A stretch of DNA of 64,000 bases from Pristiophorus japonicus (Eukaryota), in assembly GCF_044704955.1 (NCBI RefSeq), contig NW_027252779.1, positions 7,254,001 through 7,318,000 of the forward strand, given 5' to 3'. Below, piece after piece: positions 1 to 12,390 of the stretch; the first letter of the stretch is position 1, and the number at the start of each line of letters is the position of its first letter. The notes beneath the pieces were generated by a model. It saw only the letters and a program-made list of their open reading frames with translations, was not told the origin of the DNA and searched no databases. A program made the position numbers and the translations under genes.

Positions 1-450
1 AACAAAGAAGTATATGGTTCTGGACTTAGATTTAAGGAATGAAGCTGGGCAGGTGGTAGGAGTATCAATGTGACAACAATTTGCTGCTAATTATCATAAT
101 TCAGTTAGATATTGTGCATGTTGCGAGAAAGGACAAAGATAGCCCAGGAATAAAAGGTTTCATTTGGGGGGCAACCAGTTTTACTGAGCTGAGATATGAT
201 TTAGTCAAAGTCGACTGGAAACAAATGTTGAAGGTAAATCAGTGTCATAGCAGTGGGAGGCTTTTCAGGAGGAGAACTTGATGGTGCAGAGCAAATATGT
301 TTCCTTAAAGAAAAAAAGTGGAAGTAACAAATCTAGAGCCCCAGGATTTAAGGTGGCATACAGGGTAGTATAAAGCCAAAAAAGGAAGGCTTATGACAGC
401 ACCGAGGGCTCAATTCTACAGAAACCCGAACGGAGTACAGAAAGTGCGAA
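1..450 (+). mobile_element. CR1 LINE ORF2 fragment (endonuclease-RT linker), decayed
   Basis: Collinear with the CR1 segment at ~17325-17770 (aacaa...ggttctggactt...gaatgaagctgggcaggtgg); the frame is disrupted. Confidence 0.75.
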
Positions 451-454
451 TCCT

Positions 455-1340
455 AAATCCTAAATTGTGAATAAAATCCGAGCTATCCAGACTAATCCCA
501 CTGCCTAGCTCTTGGTCCGTAGCCTTTTAGGTTACTGGACTTCAAATGCATTTTCAAGGACTTTTTAAAAAGTGATAAGGACTTCTGCCTCTAAAGCCCA
601 TTGTGGCTGTGAGTTACAGAACTTCACCAGCCCCTCGGTGAAAACATTTCGGCTCAAATCCCGTATACCCTCCGACCAATTACTTTGAATCTATGCCTCC
701 AGTTTGTTGACCACTCTGCTATGGGAAATGGATCCATTCTATGCACTCTATCTAGGCCACTCATCATTTATTCACTTCAACACGTTCCCCCGCTCAGCCT
801 CCTTTATTCCAAAGAATAAAGACCAGCTTTTGCAATCTTTCCTCATAGCTAAGTTCACAATTCCAGGCATCACCTGCGTAAATCAACTCTGTATCCTCAC
901 GAGTGCCATCAGATCTGGTGACCAGATGCGGCGACCAGAACAGCAGGCGATACTCTAGCTGCAGCCTAACTAGTGCTTTGTTCGCTTCAAGCAAAACTTT
1001 CCCGATCTTATGTTCTACGGCTCAGCTAAAAAGGCAACTATCCAATGTTGCGTCTCAACCACCTTATCTACCTCGCATGCTACCATCAAGGATTCTGTGG
1101 ACATGCACTCCAAGGTGCTTTGCACCTCTACACTCATGAGTGTCCCAACATTTAATGTTTATTAGCTTGCTCTATAAGAACGCCACAAATGCATTATCTC
1201 ACAGTTCTCCGAGCTGAATTTCATTAATCTCTCTTTTGCCTACCTGAACAGTTCACTGATACCTTCCAGCAGTGCACAGCATTCTTCATCATTGTCAACC
1301 ATAATCTGTTTGACCAACTTTTAGTCACCTGAACTAAGTT
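455..1340 (-). mobile_element. CR1 LINE 3' fragment, decayed
   Basis: Minus-strand ORF 794-994 (LVRLQLEYRLLFWSPH...LSYEERLQKL) matches the CR1 ORF2 C-terminal LVRPHLEYCVQFWSP motif. Confidence 0.8.
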
Positions 1341-1354
1341 CTACTTATCGATAA

Positions 1355-1770
1355 GAATATAAGAACAGATGACTTAAGAACAGGAGTAGGCCAGCTAGCC
1401 CCTCGAACCTGCTCAGCCATTGAACAAGATCATGGCTGATCTGGCCGTGGACTCAGCTCCACTTACCTGCCCGCTCCCCATATCCCTTAATTACCTTATT
1501 GGTCAAAAATCTATCTACCTGTGACTTGAATACATTCAATGAGCTAGGCTCAACTGCTTCCTTGGTCAGAGATTTCAACAGATTCCCAACCCTCTGGGAG
1601 AAGAAATTCATTCTCTTCTCGGTTTTAAATTGGCTCCCCCGTATTTTGAGTCTGTGCCCCCTCCTTCTCATCTCCACGACCAGTGGAAACAACCTCTCTG
1701 CCACTATCGTGTCTATCACTTTCATGATTTTAATTGTTTCTATATGATCACCCCTCATCCTTCTGAATGC
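1355..1770 (-). mobile_element. CR1 LINE 3' end with tail
   Basis: ORF 1453-1758 (MRGDHIE...GYGERAGKWS) followed by the CR1 3' UTR and a TTCTTA-type tail. Confidence 0.9.
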
Positions 1771-1774
1771 GTCT

Positions 1775-1870
1775 CGGCGTCAAATGTTTATTGCATTATA
1801 TTCCTGTGAAGAGCTTTGGGAAGTTTCAGTACATTAATGCTCTATATAAATTGAAGTTTTTGTTGTTGTT
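1775..1870 (+). mobile_element. SINE/L2-type 3' tail
   Basis: cctgtgaagagctttggg...ctatataaattgaag followed by a (ttg)n tail; related reverse copies at ~3400-3500 and ~35305-35365. Confidence 0.55.
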
Positions 1871-2465
1871 TAAAAACGATTTTATATGATGTCATTTAGT
1901 GCTTGCACCACGTAAAGAGTGCATTTTCTCCAACATGTTTTGCAGCAGTTAATTCTGGACACGTGTGCCCTCCGGGCCTAATTCACTTCATCTTCATCAT
2001 ATCCTTCTATTCCTTTGTCAGACATTTGCTATGGTACATCCCTCTTAAATGCATCTGTGCTATTGCCTCAACTCCTGCTCGTGGTAGAAACTCCCACATT
2101 CTTACGACCCTTTGTTAATGAAGTGGCTCTTGAATTGTTACTGGCTAATTATTATGACCACTAATTCTGTACTCGCGTACAATAGCAAATATTGTTTCTA
2201 CATCAACCGTATCAAAACTTTTCATCATGGTAATGTCAGTACCTGCCTTGTCATTTCTAGAGAAAAGCTCCACAGTCTGTTCAGTCTTTCCAAATAAGTA
2301 ATGCATTTCATTTCAGGTCGAATTGCTTCCTTCTGTGCTGTGAGATTCTATGATTTCACGATTTAATTTTCACATCGGCTGGTAGATACAATAGGGAAAG
2401 CATGCAGGTCAACGGTCTGTTATTTTGCACCGACCATTGCACCATTAAGACAGCGCCATTGTGTA

Positions 2466-2545
2466 GCTGCAATAACCGAGTAGAGAAGGGGTTGGATTGG
2501 GAATTAATGCCTTTACCCATACAGGATCTAGCCCTACTCACAGCG
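2466..2545 (+). pseudogene. tRNA-Ser (CGA-type) pseudogene, highly degenerate
   Basis: gctgcaataaccgagt...gttgga...cagg...cctactcacagcg aligns end to end with vertebrate tRNA-Ser GCTGTGATGGCCGAGT...CCTGCTCACAGCG, with many substitutions. Confidence 0.6.
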
Positions 2546-2876
2546 ATTTCCTTTAGTATTTAATTCTTTAATCGACTCCCTGTGGATATCACTGGCCCTG
2601 AATTAGATCGCAATTCCCTCCAGTGGCCTGTATTGCACTGATTGCCGCGAAGCTGCTGTTCAAATTGGGAACACGAATAATTTATCGGCATTAATTAGTG
2701 AATGTTCGTTTGTTGGAAATTAAATGCAAAAATCCGTGTGAAATACTCACAGGAAACAGCATGAAAAGATGCCTTTTAATAAAGAGCCATGCAATATTTG
2801 GATAGAAATCATCCACTTTCAGTTAACGAGTGCAAACGTGATTTGATTTTATAAAGTTGAACAAGATTTGACAAAC

Positions 2877-2956
2877 ACCAGCTTATGACTCGAAACTTCT
2901 GATAATATCCGGATTTATAGTAAAGTTGAACGCCTTATCCATTAGCCCACGTGTAA
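2877..2956 (-). pseudogene. tRNA-Arg(TCG)-type pseudogene with 16-nt intron-like insert
   Basis: Plus strand gactcgaa...ttctgat[aatatccggatttata]gtaaagttgaacgccttatccattagcccacg is the reverse complement of the Arg-TCG body, with an insert at 37/38 and a short T-arm deletion. Confidence 0.65.
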
Positions 2957-3310
2957 AGTTAGAAGGTAGAATGTAGACTAAGGTGAGAATTAATGAATAC
3001 CCAACGGATTTGTATGTTTATCGGTACCATACTTTGCACTGCAAACCAATCAGTGGCAGTGAGCTATTCACTGATTGAAATACGAGAAGTCACAAAATCC
3101 CGGAGTATATGGAATTGTTTATTAAATGCTGGAAACATTCCGCACGTCCATGAGCTCCTGGCAGGAGTAAGGTTTTTCAGCATTGCTTCAGAGTGTTGCA
3201 GGTCGCCTGTGTGTTTCGTTCATAAATGTTCAAGCTGCTCAATATAACAAACTTGTGAGACACTCGCAAACACGCCCGCTCGCACCCCAAATAAAAAAAT
3301 AATACAAATC

Positions 3311-3360
3311 GCAATTACGGGGTTCAAAACCGCGACCTTGAGGTTACTGACCTAACCAGC
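3311..3360 (-). pseudogene. tRNA-Ile(AAT) pseudogene fragment
   Basis: tacggggttcaaaaccgcgaccttgaggtta matches the reverse complement of the Ile-AAT 3' half (TACGGGGATCGAACCCGCGACCTTGGCGTTA). Confidence 0.55.
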
Positions 3361-3509
3361 TTTATTACCATAATATTTTTCGGACGCGGTAAATGGAATT
3401 AACCTTGCATTTCAACAGCAACATTCACCTCAGGACTTCGCAAACCGGTTCAGAGCCAAATAAGTACTTTTAAAGTGACTGTTGCAATGTAGGAAATGCA
3501 AACGATGAC

Positions 3510-4305
3510 AGTACTGATGGAGGCCATTTCAGCCCATCGTGTCCACGCCGGCCGACCAAGAGCTTTCCAGACGAATTCCCACTTTCCAGCGTTAAGTTTA
3601 CCCTGCACGTTATATCACTTCAATTGCACCTCCATTTATTTTTAAAATATGTGGCGGTTTCTGCGTGTATCACCCATTCATGCAGCGAGTTCCAGACTTC
3701 CACGATTCTCAAGGTAAAGACATTTCCACTCATTGCTCATCTACCCCCCCCGCCCCACAAATACTTCAATCTGTACCTCCTGGTTGTTGACCCGTCTACC
3801 AAGGGAATCTAGGCCCCTCATAATTAAATGCAACTCAATAAGGTGCCAACTCTGTTCCAAGGAAAACAGACCTAGCATTTCCAATCTTTCCAAAAAACCG
3901 AAATTCTAAAGTCCAGGCAACATGTCTGGAAATCTCCTCTGCGCCCTTTCCAGTGCAGTCACATCTTTCCTGAAATGTGGTGATCTTAACTGCACACAGT
4001 AGTCCAACTATGGCCGAACCAGTGTTTTATGCAATTCAAGTATTATGTCCTAGCTCTTGTATTCAATGCTTTGACTAATAAAGGCAAGCATTCCACGGTG
4101 GACCTGCATTCCAAGGCCCATTTGTTCCTCTATATGTTTCAGTGTCGGACCCTTCAATGTTTATTTCATTGCTTTTTTAGACCTCCCCACGTGCATTACC
4201 TCACACTTGTCTGGAATGAATTATTTTTGCCACTGTTCTGCCCACCTGACCAGTACATATCCCCCTGCAGTCTTCGCCTTTTGTCTTCATTACCAACCAC
4301 ACAGA
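3510..4305 (-). mobile_element. CR1 LINE 3' fragment, decayed
   Basis: Reverse CR1 3' UTR (ggccatttcagcccatcgtgtcc) followed by the ORF2 C-terminal region; collinear with 455-1340. Confidence 0.7.
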
Positions 4306-4309
4306 AACA

Positions 4310-4994
4310 ATCCATCTGGCCCAACCAGTCATTGCCGGCATTCATGCTCCACGTCCTACACGTGGAACACCACGAATCACCTTCTGCCAATGTGAATGTA
4401 TATCATTTAAATGATTCAATTCGCTGGAGAAATACGAACAACGATATCTCCACAAGATCCTGCAAATCGCCTGAGAGGACGGATGCACCAACATTCGCGT
4501 CCTCGATCAGGCAAACATCCCGAACATCGACGCACTGACCACACTCGACCAGCTTCGTAGGGCGGGCACATTGTTTGCATGCCTGACACAAGACTCCCAA
4601 GGCAAGCGCTCTAAGCGTAACTCCTACACGGCAAACGAGGCCCAGGTGGACAGAGAAATGTTTCACGGTAAACCTCAAAGTCTCCTTGATAAAATGCAAC
4701 ATCCCCACCGACAACTGGGAGCCCCTGGCCAAAGACCGCCGTTAGTGGAGGAAGAGCGGGTGGGCGCTGAGCAACTCGAGACTCGTCGCCGACTGCATGC
4801 AGAAATCAAACGCAGGCAGTGAAAGAATCATGCAGAAAACCAGACTCCCAAAACAACCTTTCCTTCAAGGAACGTCTGTCCCACCTTTGACAGCGAATAT
4901 ATTTCCCGTATTGGCCTTTGCACTCAAATGCGAACTCACTTTTAGAGTGAAAGCAAGTCTTCCTCGATTTCAAGGGACTGCCTATGATGATGAT
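4310..4994 (+). mobile_element. RTE-clade LINE 3' end
   Basis: RTE C-terminal remnants (ilqi.w.d, qlr.agh, dtrlpkq, cptc-like) ending ...gggactgcctatgatgatgat, a (TGA)n tail. Confidence 0.8.
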
Positions 4995-5330
4995 CTTCCA
5001 GTTAAGATTGCTGTGAATGGTAACCCCAAGGATGTTGTTGGTGGGGGACTATATGATGTCATGACGCTGAATGTCATGCGGTGCAGGTTTTAATCTCGCT
5101 GGCCTGGCACATGTGTTATGCGAATATCATAATCTGTTGGTTGTGGTCATTTGTGGCTTACAGTAATATATGCACAGCAATTGCCAATAGGGTAGTGAAT
5201 AATTGATAGCTGCAGGCTGAATGAAGAGCGTTTTTTGCTGGTAGTTGAAGGATAGATCCAGGATTTGAAGACATCTCGAAAATATAAGCCTTGGTCAGAA
5301 AAGTATGTTGAGTTAAAGCATTCACATTCA

Positions 5331-5395
5331 GGGTGGTTACCTTAGTTGGTTAGGTCGTGATACTAAATTCGCGGGTTCGATTCCTGTATCAACCA
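5331..5395 (+). pseudogene. tRNA-Ile(AAT) pseudogene with anticodon-arm deletion
   Basis: ggttaccttagttggttagg (A box) ... tcgcgggttcgattcctgtatcaacca (B box/acceptor) matches Ile-AAT; about 10 nt are missing; a T-run follows at 5401. Confidence 0.7.
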
Positions 5396-5749
5396 TTGCA
5401 TTTTTATGGGCTTGCTAGTATTTTATCTGTGCTATTTTTAAGCAGCTTCAAAAGTTTGGTAGGAAAATCACACCGGACCTGTAATTCTTTGAATTAATGC
5501 TGCAAAACATTAGTTCTGCCAAAAGCTCATGGAGCTGTGTTTCTCTGGTCACAGATGTTGCCTGACCTGCCGAGATTTTTCAGCATTCATTGAACAATTC
5601 CATATGCAGCAACTGCTATATTTTGCAATTTATTTTGGTGCTGTGTCCCCGTTTATATTATGAAATAAAATTGGTCCAAATAAATTGCTGAGGTTAGAAA
5701 GTAAAATGAATTCTAATTCGATGCCATGTTGATTCAGCTGTAGAATTTT

Positions 5750-6250
5750 CACCGAGTCATAAATCTGCCCAGTTACATCTCTAGTACAATCACATCTTTC
5801 CTGTAATATGGCGCCCAGAACTGCATTGCTGTGGCCCAAATAGTGTTTCATTTCGTTCAAGCATAACCGGCTTGCATTTATATTTTGTGCCTCACCTAAG
5901 AAATATATGTATCCGGCATGCTTTCTTCACCAACTGTCCTTCTACCTTCATGGATCTGTGGACATGCACTCCACGGAACCTCTGTTCCTGTACACATCTC
6001 AGTGTCCTACCATTGATTGTGTATTCTCTTGGGTGGATAGCTCTCCCCAAATGCATTACCTCATAATTTTCCGGTTTGAATTCCATTTTCCACTTTTCTA
6101 CCCATCTGTCTAAGTGATTGCTCTTCAGCATCAGTATAATCTGAAAACTTCTTCATCATACACCCTACTTTTAAGTCTAAATCATTGATATGTACCACAA
6201 AAAGCAAGAACATTGAACCCTGCGGAACCCCATTGGAAGCAGCATTCCTG
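5750..6250 (-). mobile_element. CR1 RT fragment
   Basis: ORF 5892-6131 (WVEKWKMEFKPENYEVMHLGR...YTING) is a CR1 RT C-terminal motif. Confidence 0.8.
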
Positions 6251-6369
6251 TCACTTCTTCATGGGAAGGTGTAGCATAGAATCAGAAAGGAGAAAAACAG
6301 AGCTAGAGGTCGATGACAGAAGAGTAGTAAGGTAGTTCGGAAGACAGAGCATTAAAGATTGGATAATAC

Positions 6370-7950
6370 ACAAAACATGAGTCTGGCTGTGCCTAATAGC
6401 ATATTACTAAATGCAAGGAGCATTGTGAATAAGGCAGAGAAGTTAAAGGCACGGATCGACACGTTAAACTATGTTATCTTAGTGATTACTGATACAGGGC
6501 ATAAAGAGCGCAGCATATGTAATCCAACATTACTTGTTAAAGGGCTTTCAACAAGATAGAGATAGGGTTAAGAAGGATTGCGTGACAATGTTGATTACCA
6601 AAAATATAAAGCTGTGAGAGAAGATGATATGTTAGAAGGATCTTCAAATGAGTCTAAATAGGTTCTAATGACGGACAAAAAGAAGTAAGTACACCGCTGG
6701 TAGTGTATAATAGTTTTCTAAACACTCAGAGGGAGATAGAAGAAGAAATTAGTTCCCAATGTCTGAGAAATGCATAAATATTAGGCAGTAATATTGGGGA
6801 TATTTATTACTCCAGTATTCACTGGGATGCAATAATGTTACAGTTATAGACGGCACAGAATTCCTCAATTGCATTCAGGAGAACATTCTGTTAGCCCGTA
6901 TGTAGCAAGCCCAACAAAGCAGGTGGCGATTCTTTAATTAGCTTTAGGCAATTAAGCTGAGCAGGTGGAAGGGTATCATTTGGACAATCACAGCAGGGAA
7001 TCCGCGAGGCCGTCATATTCGTGGATATCACGTTTCTTGAGGTGGCCATCACGCGGCTTAAGAGTGTGCGGGCAGATAATGGATATCTGGCCTCCAGACA
7101 GAAGAGGAGGACCAGCTCGATCGTGCAGGAGTCCCCTGAGTGCATCTCGTTCCCCACCGGATTCTGTTCTGAGTACTTCGAGTTCATCGTGGAAAGCAAC
7201 CAATTCCAAGTCAATGCTACCCATGCTGGCTCACATGGACAACGGCGAGGAAGATGAGTGGAAGAAAATAGTGGCAAAGGATTCCATCGTTAGGGGAGCA
7301 GACTTATCTCCAGAATGGTATAAGAACAGAAGAACATAAGAATTAGGAACAGGAGTAGGCCATCTAGCCCCTCGAACCTGCTCCGCCATTCAACAAGATC
7401 ATGGCTGATCTGGACGTGGACTCAGCTCCACTTATCCGCCCGCTCCCATAACCCTTAATTCCCTTATTGATTAAACATCTGTCTATCTGTGACTTGAATA
7501 CATTCAATGAGCTCGCCTCAACTGCTTGCTTGGGCAGAGAATTTCACAGATATGTTGCCTCCATGGTACCAGGGTCAAGCATATCAATGGACGGCTGCAG
7601 GTGATGGCTGGGGTGAGAGGGTGAACAGTCAGTCGTGTTCCATTATGGTAGGAATGATATAGGTAGAAGGAGGGAGCAGGTCCTGCAGGCAGATTTTAGG
7701 GAGCCAAGAGAGAGTTTAAAAGCAGCACCAGCGAGGAATATGATAATACAGCTATTACTGAGACATGGGTGAAAAAAAAGGGCAGGTAAATTAGCTCCAC
7801 ATTCATTGTTACATAGCTTTTAGGAAGGAGACGGAGGGGGATAAAATTGAGGGAGGGGGGAGGTCGCTGAATTTATTTTAGAAAAATTGCAGCTGTGAGA
7901 AGAGATAATATGTTGGCTGGATACTCAAATCAGACCATATGAGTTGAATT
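6370..7950 (+). mobile_element. CR1 endonuclease and ORF1 fragments, interrupted by a minus-strand CR1 3' tail at ~7320-7550
   Basis: LNARSIVNK (APE start); ORF1 esterase remnants DSIVRGAD, mvcclpg and hvgtnd-like; reverse tail (agaacata)n at 7323. Confidence 0.7.
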
Positions 7951-7962
7951 CAAATTTTCTAC

Positions 7963-8454
7963 TGATAGGATCAGATGAAGAGGGATTCTTGGAGGCTCGT
8001 ATGGAGCATAAATGGGAACATGAAGCAGATTAGCCGATTGCCTTGTTTTTGTGCTGGCCATTCTATATAATTTGTTTCGCGGAGCATGACGCAATGCTCT
8101 TTTCTCAGGCCTCGCCTGGATTCAATCAGACCATTAACTACGATTAATTTTATTCCTATTAGATCATTTATATGTATTTGTTCGCAGGATATTGTGTCTA
8201 GAAATAACACAGACATTGGTGAGGATGTCAGCAGAAGATGAGCTGAGGCAGAGCCAGAGACGGACGATCTTATGGAGTTGAAAATTAAGTTGAAAACTAC
8301 TCATGACGCCTCGCATGGTTCAGCAGAACATTCAGCACTGAACTGTGAAGGAAATGACTGAGTAACCCGGACCACAGCGAGAGACCGGAAGATTTTTGTA
8401 ATAACAGGGTCTGACATACAAAAGGGGCGACATTGGCTCCTTGCCCGAATGAGA
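7963..8454 (+). repeat. Left arm of ~0.5-kb inverted duplication
   Basis: Reverse complement of 8894-9405 along its whole length, e.g. gaaaactactcatgacgcctcgcatggttcagcagaacattcagcactgaactgtgaagga. Confidence 0.95.
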
Positions 8455-9720
8455 AATCACGGATGTGGGGGTCATACATTAGCATGGATACAGTATTAGA
8501 TAACTAACAGAAAACAGATTCGGGAAAAAATGGGTTATTTTCAGGTTGGCAAATTGCAACCATTAGTGAGTCACAGGGATCGGTGCTGGGGCCTCAAATA
8601 TTTACAATCATTGATGAAAGGACTGAATGTAAAGTACCCAATTTTACTGATAATAGAGGTACAGGTGGGAACGCAAGTTGTGAGGAAAAAGCAATTAATC
8701 TGAAAAGCTTTAGAGATCATTTAAGGTTTTGTCGAATGGAGTGGAATATGAGAAAATGTGAGATTGTACACATTGGCCGCGAAAATAAAAACATAATTTT
8801 GTTATTGAAATTGGGAGAGATTATAAAATTCTGCGGCATAGAGAGTTCTGGGTTGCTTATTCTTGAAATTGAAAGAGTTAGCATGCAGGTAAATCTCATT
8901 AGGGCAAGGAGCCAATTTCGCCCCCTTTGTACGTCAGACCCTGTTATTACAAAAATCTTCCGACTCACGCCGGAAGATTTTGTCTCTCGCTGTTATCCGG
9001 GTTACACAGTCAGTTCCTTCACAGTTCAGTGCTGAATGTTCTGCTGAACCATGCGAGGCGTCATGAGTAGTTTTCAACTTAATTTTCCCCTCCATAAGAT
9101 CGTCCGTCTCTGGCCCTGCCTCAGCTCATCTTCTGCTGACATCCTCATCCATATCTGTGTTACTTCTTGACACAATATCCTGCGAACAAATACATATAAA
9201 TGATCTAATAGGAATAAAATTAATCGTAGTTGATTGGTTTGATTGAATCCAGGCGTGGCCTGAGAAAGGAGCATTGCGTCATGCTCCGCGAAACAAGTTA
9301 CATAGAATGTCCAGCACAAAAACAAGACAATCAGCCCATCTGCTTCATGTTCCCCTTTATGCTCCACACGAGCCTCCAAGAATGCCTCTTCATCTGACCC
9401 TATTATTTGGAAGGGAAAGATATGTTTTGCCTTTATTGCAAGGAGAATAACGCATACAAGAAGGGCGTCACTGTTACAGATGTACAGGGCATTGGTGAGA
9501 TCACACCTGGAGTACTGTGTACAGGTTTGGTCTTATGTAAGGTGGGATATCCTTGCATTGTAGACAGTTCAGCGAAGATTCACGAGATTTATTCCACAGA
9601 TGAAGGGGTTATCGTATGAAGAAGCATTGAACAGGTTGGTCATATATGCATTTGACATTCGAAGAATGAGAGATGTTCTTATTGCAACATATAAGGTCCT
9701 GATGGGGCTTGGGGTAGATG
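8455..9720 (+). mobile_element. CR1 RT fragment interrupted at 8894-9405
   Basis: [13 protein letters not shown] motif, RT C-terminus up to gcatgcaggt, then resuming after 9405 (gcctttattgcaagg...cacacctggagtactgtgtacag). Confidence 0.75.
8894..9405 (-). repeat. Right arm of ~0.5-kb inverted duplication
   Basis: Reverse-complement match to 7963-8454, with scattered substitutions and an added small hairpin at 8952-8981. Confidence 0.95.
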
Positions 9721-9724
9721 GACA

Positions 9725-12045
9725 CTAATTGACGTGTTTGGCGACTTCGCAAATGCTTTCCCTCATTTTATTCCATTTTGGGCCAAAGATTTCGAGGTGA
9801 TGGTGGGGATGTTGCAATTTTTCAAGGAGGCTTCGAAGCATTTCTTATGCCCACCAGGGACTAAAATGCCCTGCTGGAGATCTGAATAGAGCAGTTGTTT
9901 TGGCAGATCAGTACCGGACAGGCAAACGATGTCGCCCGTCCATCGGAGCTGATGTAGCGTGGTCAATGCTTCCATGCTGGGGATGTTTGCCTGAGAGGGA
10001 ACCTGCCGTTGGTGCGCCTATCCTGCCAATGTATTTGCAGGATATTGCCGATGAAGCACTGGTGGTATGTCACCAGTGCTTCAAATTGCCAGCTGTACAT
10101 AGTCTATTTTCCTGGACCAAGTAGCGGGGCGGGCAAAACGACTGTCCTGTAGACCATGATCTTGGTGCCGGGGCTGACATTGTGGTTTTCGAAAACTCTC
10201 TTCCTCAAGCGACCGAGTGAGGCACTGACACACTCAAGGCGATATTGTACTTTGTAATCGACATCTTCTCTTTTTTACATAATATGACAATGTTGCACGT
10301 TGTCCAAGGTCTCGTATTAGACCTTGAAAATAAGGGGGCCACACTGTGTGGAGGGAGTGACTGGTATACAAACTTTTAATTATGGATGTTTAATGTAAGG
10401 CCCACGCTCTCATAGACTTCGTTGAGGGATTGACAAAAGTTTATAGTTCGACTTCCCACTGTGCACAGCCGCAAGCTTTGTCACCATACTGTAATTCAAT
10501 CACAGATGATGGGACGACCTTGGATCTGGGCTGGACGCGACGGAGGTTCAACAGGTTCCTGCTTATTGTGTAGATTAGCTCATAGCCAGCCGAGAGCTTA
10601 TTGAAGATGAGATGGTTTCTGCAGAAAGGAAGATCTAGCAGCGTGTTGGTACGGCGACACAGCCTTGCTTGACCCCGATTCCCAACAGTTTTGAATCTGT
10701 GGTGGATCCGTTGGTCATCATCACAGCTTGCATGTCATGGTGAAGCATGCGGTGGACAGTGAACAAATTTTGAGAGCAGCCGAATTTAAGGAGGACACTC
10801 CATAATCTTTCACTTTTGAGGCTGTCGAAGGCCTTTTTGAGGTCAAAGTAGGTCGTGTCCAGAATTTGATGCTGCTCCCTGTGTTTTTCTTGAACTTTGC
10901 AAGCGGTGAAGATCCTGTCCATTGTGCCCCTTAGTGGGCGGAATGAGCACGGCGAATCTACGATTCTTCAGCCACTGGCAGAAAATGATTGAGAAGCATT
11001 CTTCCGATGAATTTCCCTGGGGCAGACAGCAGGGAAACTCCTCTGTAATTATCGCATTCCGATTTGTCACCTTTCCTGAGGATGGCCATTATTACAGCGT
11101 CTCCGAGATCCCTGGCATGCTCTCCATTTTCCAAATGAGAGAAATGATTTCATGAATTCGCGCCAACACTAATAACCCGCCATGCTTTAGTGCTGCAGCT
11201 AGGATTCCATGCGCTCCTGAGACCTTGTTGTGTTCAATTATCAGTTGGCCGTTTGAACCTCATGCCGAGCTGTGGTTATGCTGAGTTGGTGGTGGATAGC
11301 ATGCTGTCGGATGGAATCGAGACGAATTATGTCGAAGACAGAGTCTCTGTTAAGCATATCTCGAAATATGGCTTCCAGCGGGCACTGACTTCTTCACTAT
11401 CCTTGATAAGTACGGTTCCGAGCCTGGCCCTCATTGACGTGCAAACTTCACTGCTTGGACCGTAGTTGGTCTTGACTGCGCCAATGAATCCATGAACACC
11501 GTGTTTATCAGCAAGTTGCTGGATCTCCTGTGCTATTTCCATTCATCCTCTGTTCATTACGTCGCCAGTTTTATCTTGGACCCCGGTTTTCAGACGTCTA
11601 AATAAGCGCTTTCTTGCTCTCGAGTTTTGCTGCTGCTTCCAGTTCAAGAATGCCATGCATTTGTGGCTTATTAGCGCCTGGGTCACCTGCTTATTCTTGT
11701 CGAACCAGTCTTGAAGTTTCCTGGTGGATTTACCAAGCGTCTGGACTCAGGTGCTAACTATAGTGGCCTTGAACGCGGATCAGTCACTTTGGACACTCTG
11801 TGTTTCCTGTTGACTGGAATTCCTGAAGTTGATTTTGGGGCGTCGTCTGAATAGGGCTTATTAGTTTGGTATTTGAGTGCTCCAGCTTTGCTTTTCCAGC
11901 GCCAGCGTTTCTGTTCACGCTGCTGTTTTAATTTAAGTAAAAGAGTGGTCCATCCAGCAGTCAGCAGCTCCTGTCATGGTGTGGGTGATGTGGACCTCGT
12001 TGCAATCCATCACCCGGACGATGACATAGTCATCTTGTTGGAACA
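9725..12045 (-). mobile_element. RTE-clade LINE, ~2.3-kb decayed fragment
   Basis: ORFs MDRIFT...FDLKKAFDS...LLKFGC...GVKQGCV, EIQQLAD...GAVKTNYGP...RWK.YF and QLRWTG...LPKQLLYSDL are RTE ORF motifs. Confidence 0.9.
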
Positions 12046-12390
12046 ATAAACCAGCCACCCGCTGAAAGAATTGAAACACAGAATGCCCAGCTTCTGAATC
12101 GAGCTATGCCGATTGGTCAAAAGCGAATTTATATACATATTCTATTCCTCGATTGAGCAATTAGGGCAGTCAGCTTTCAGGAAATCGACAACTGAACTGT
12201 TTAAGAATGAACATAGTCCCAGTGTGCCCGATATATGCAGCACCGGGATTCACTCACAAATGGAGCAGCATCAAAGACCGTGATATGACGGGCTGAAACC
12301 TACAAATGAGAGTTTTCTTTGCACATTGCTTAATGTAACTTTTAAAATTTAATTTGTTGACTCAAATTCATTAGTAAAACCGGGGGACCG

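Noticed and set aside
1-450. Segmental duplication with ~17325-17770
   Set aside because: Similarity is confined to CR1 sequence and is explained by shared subfamily membership.
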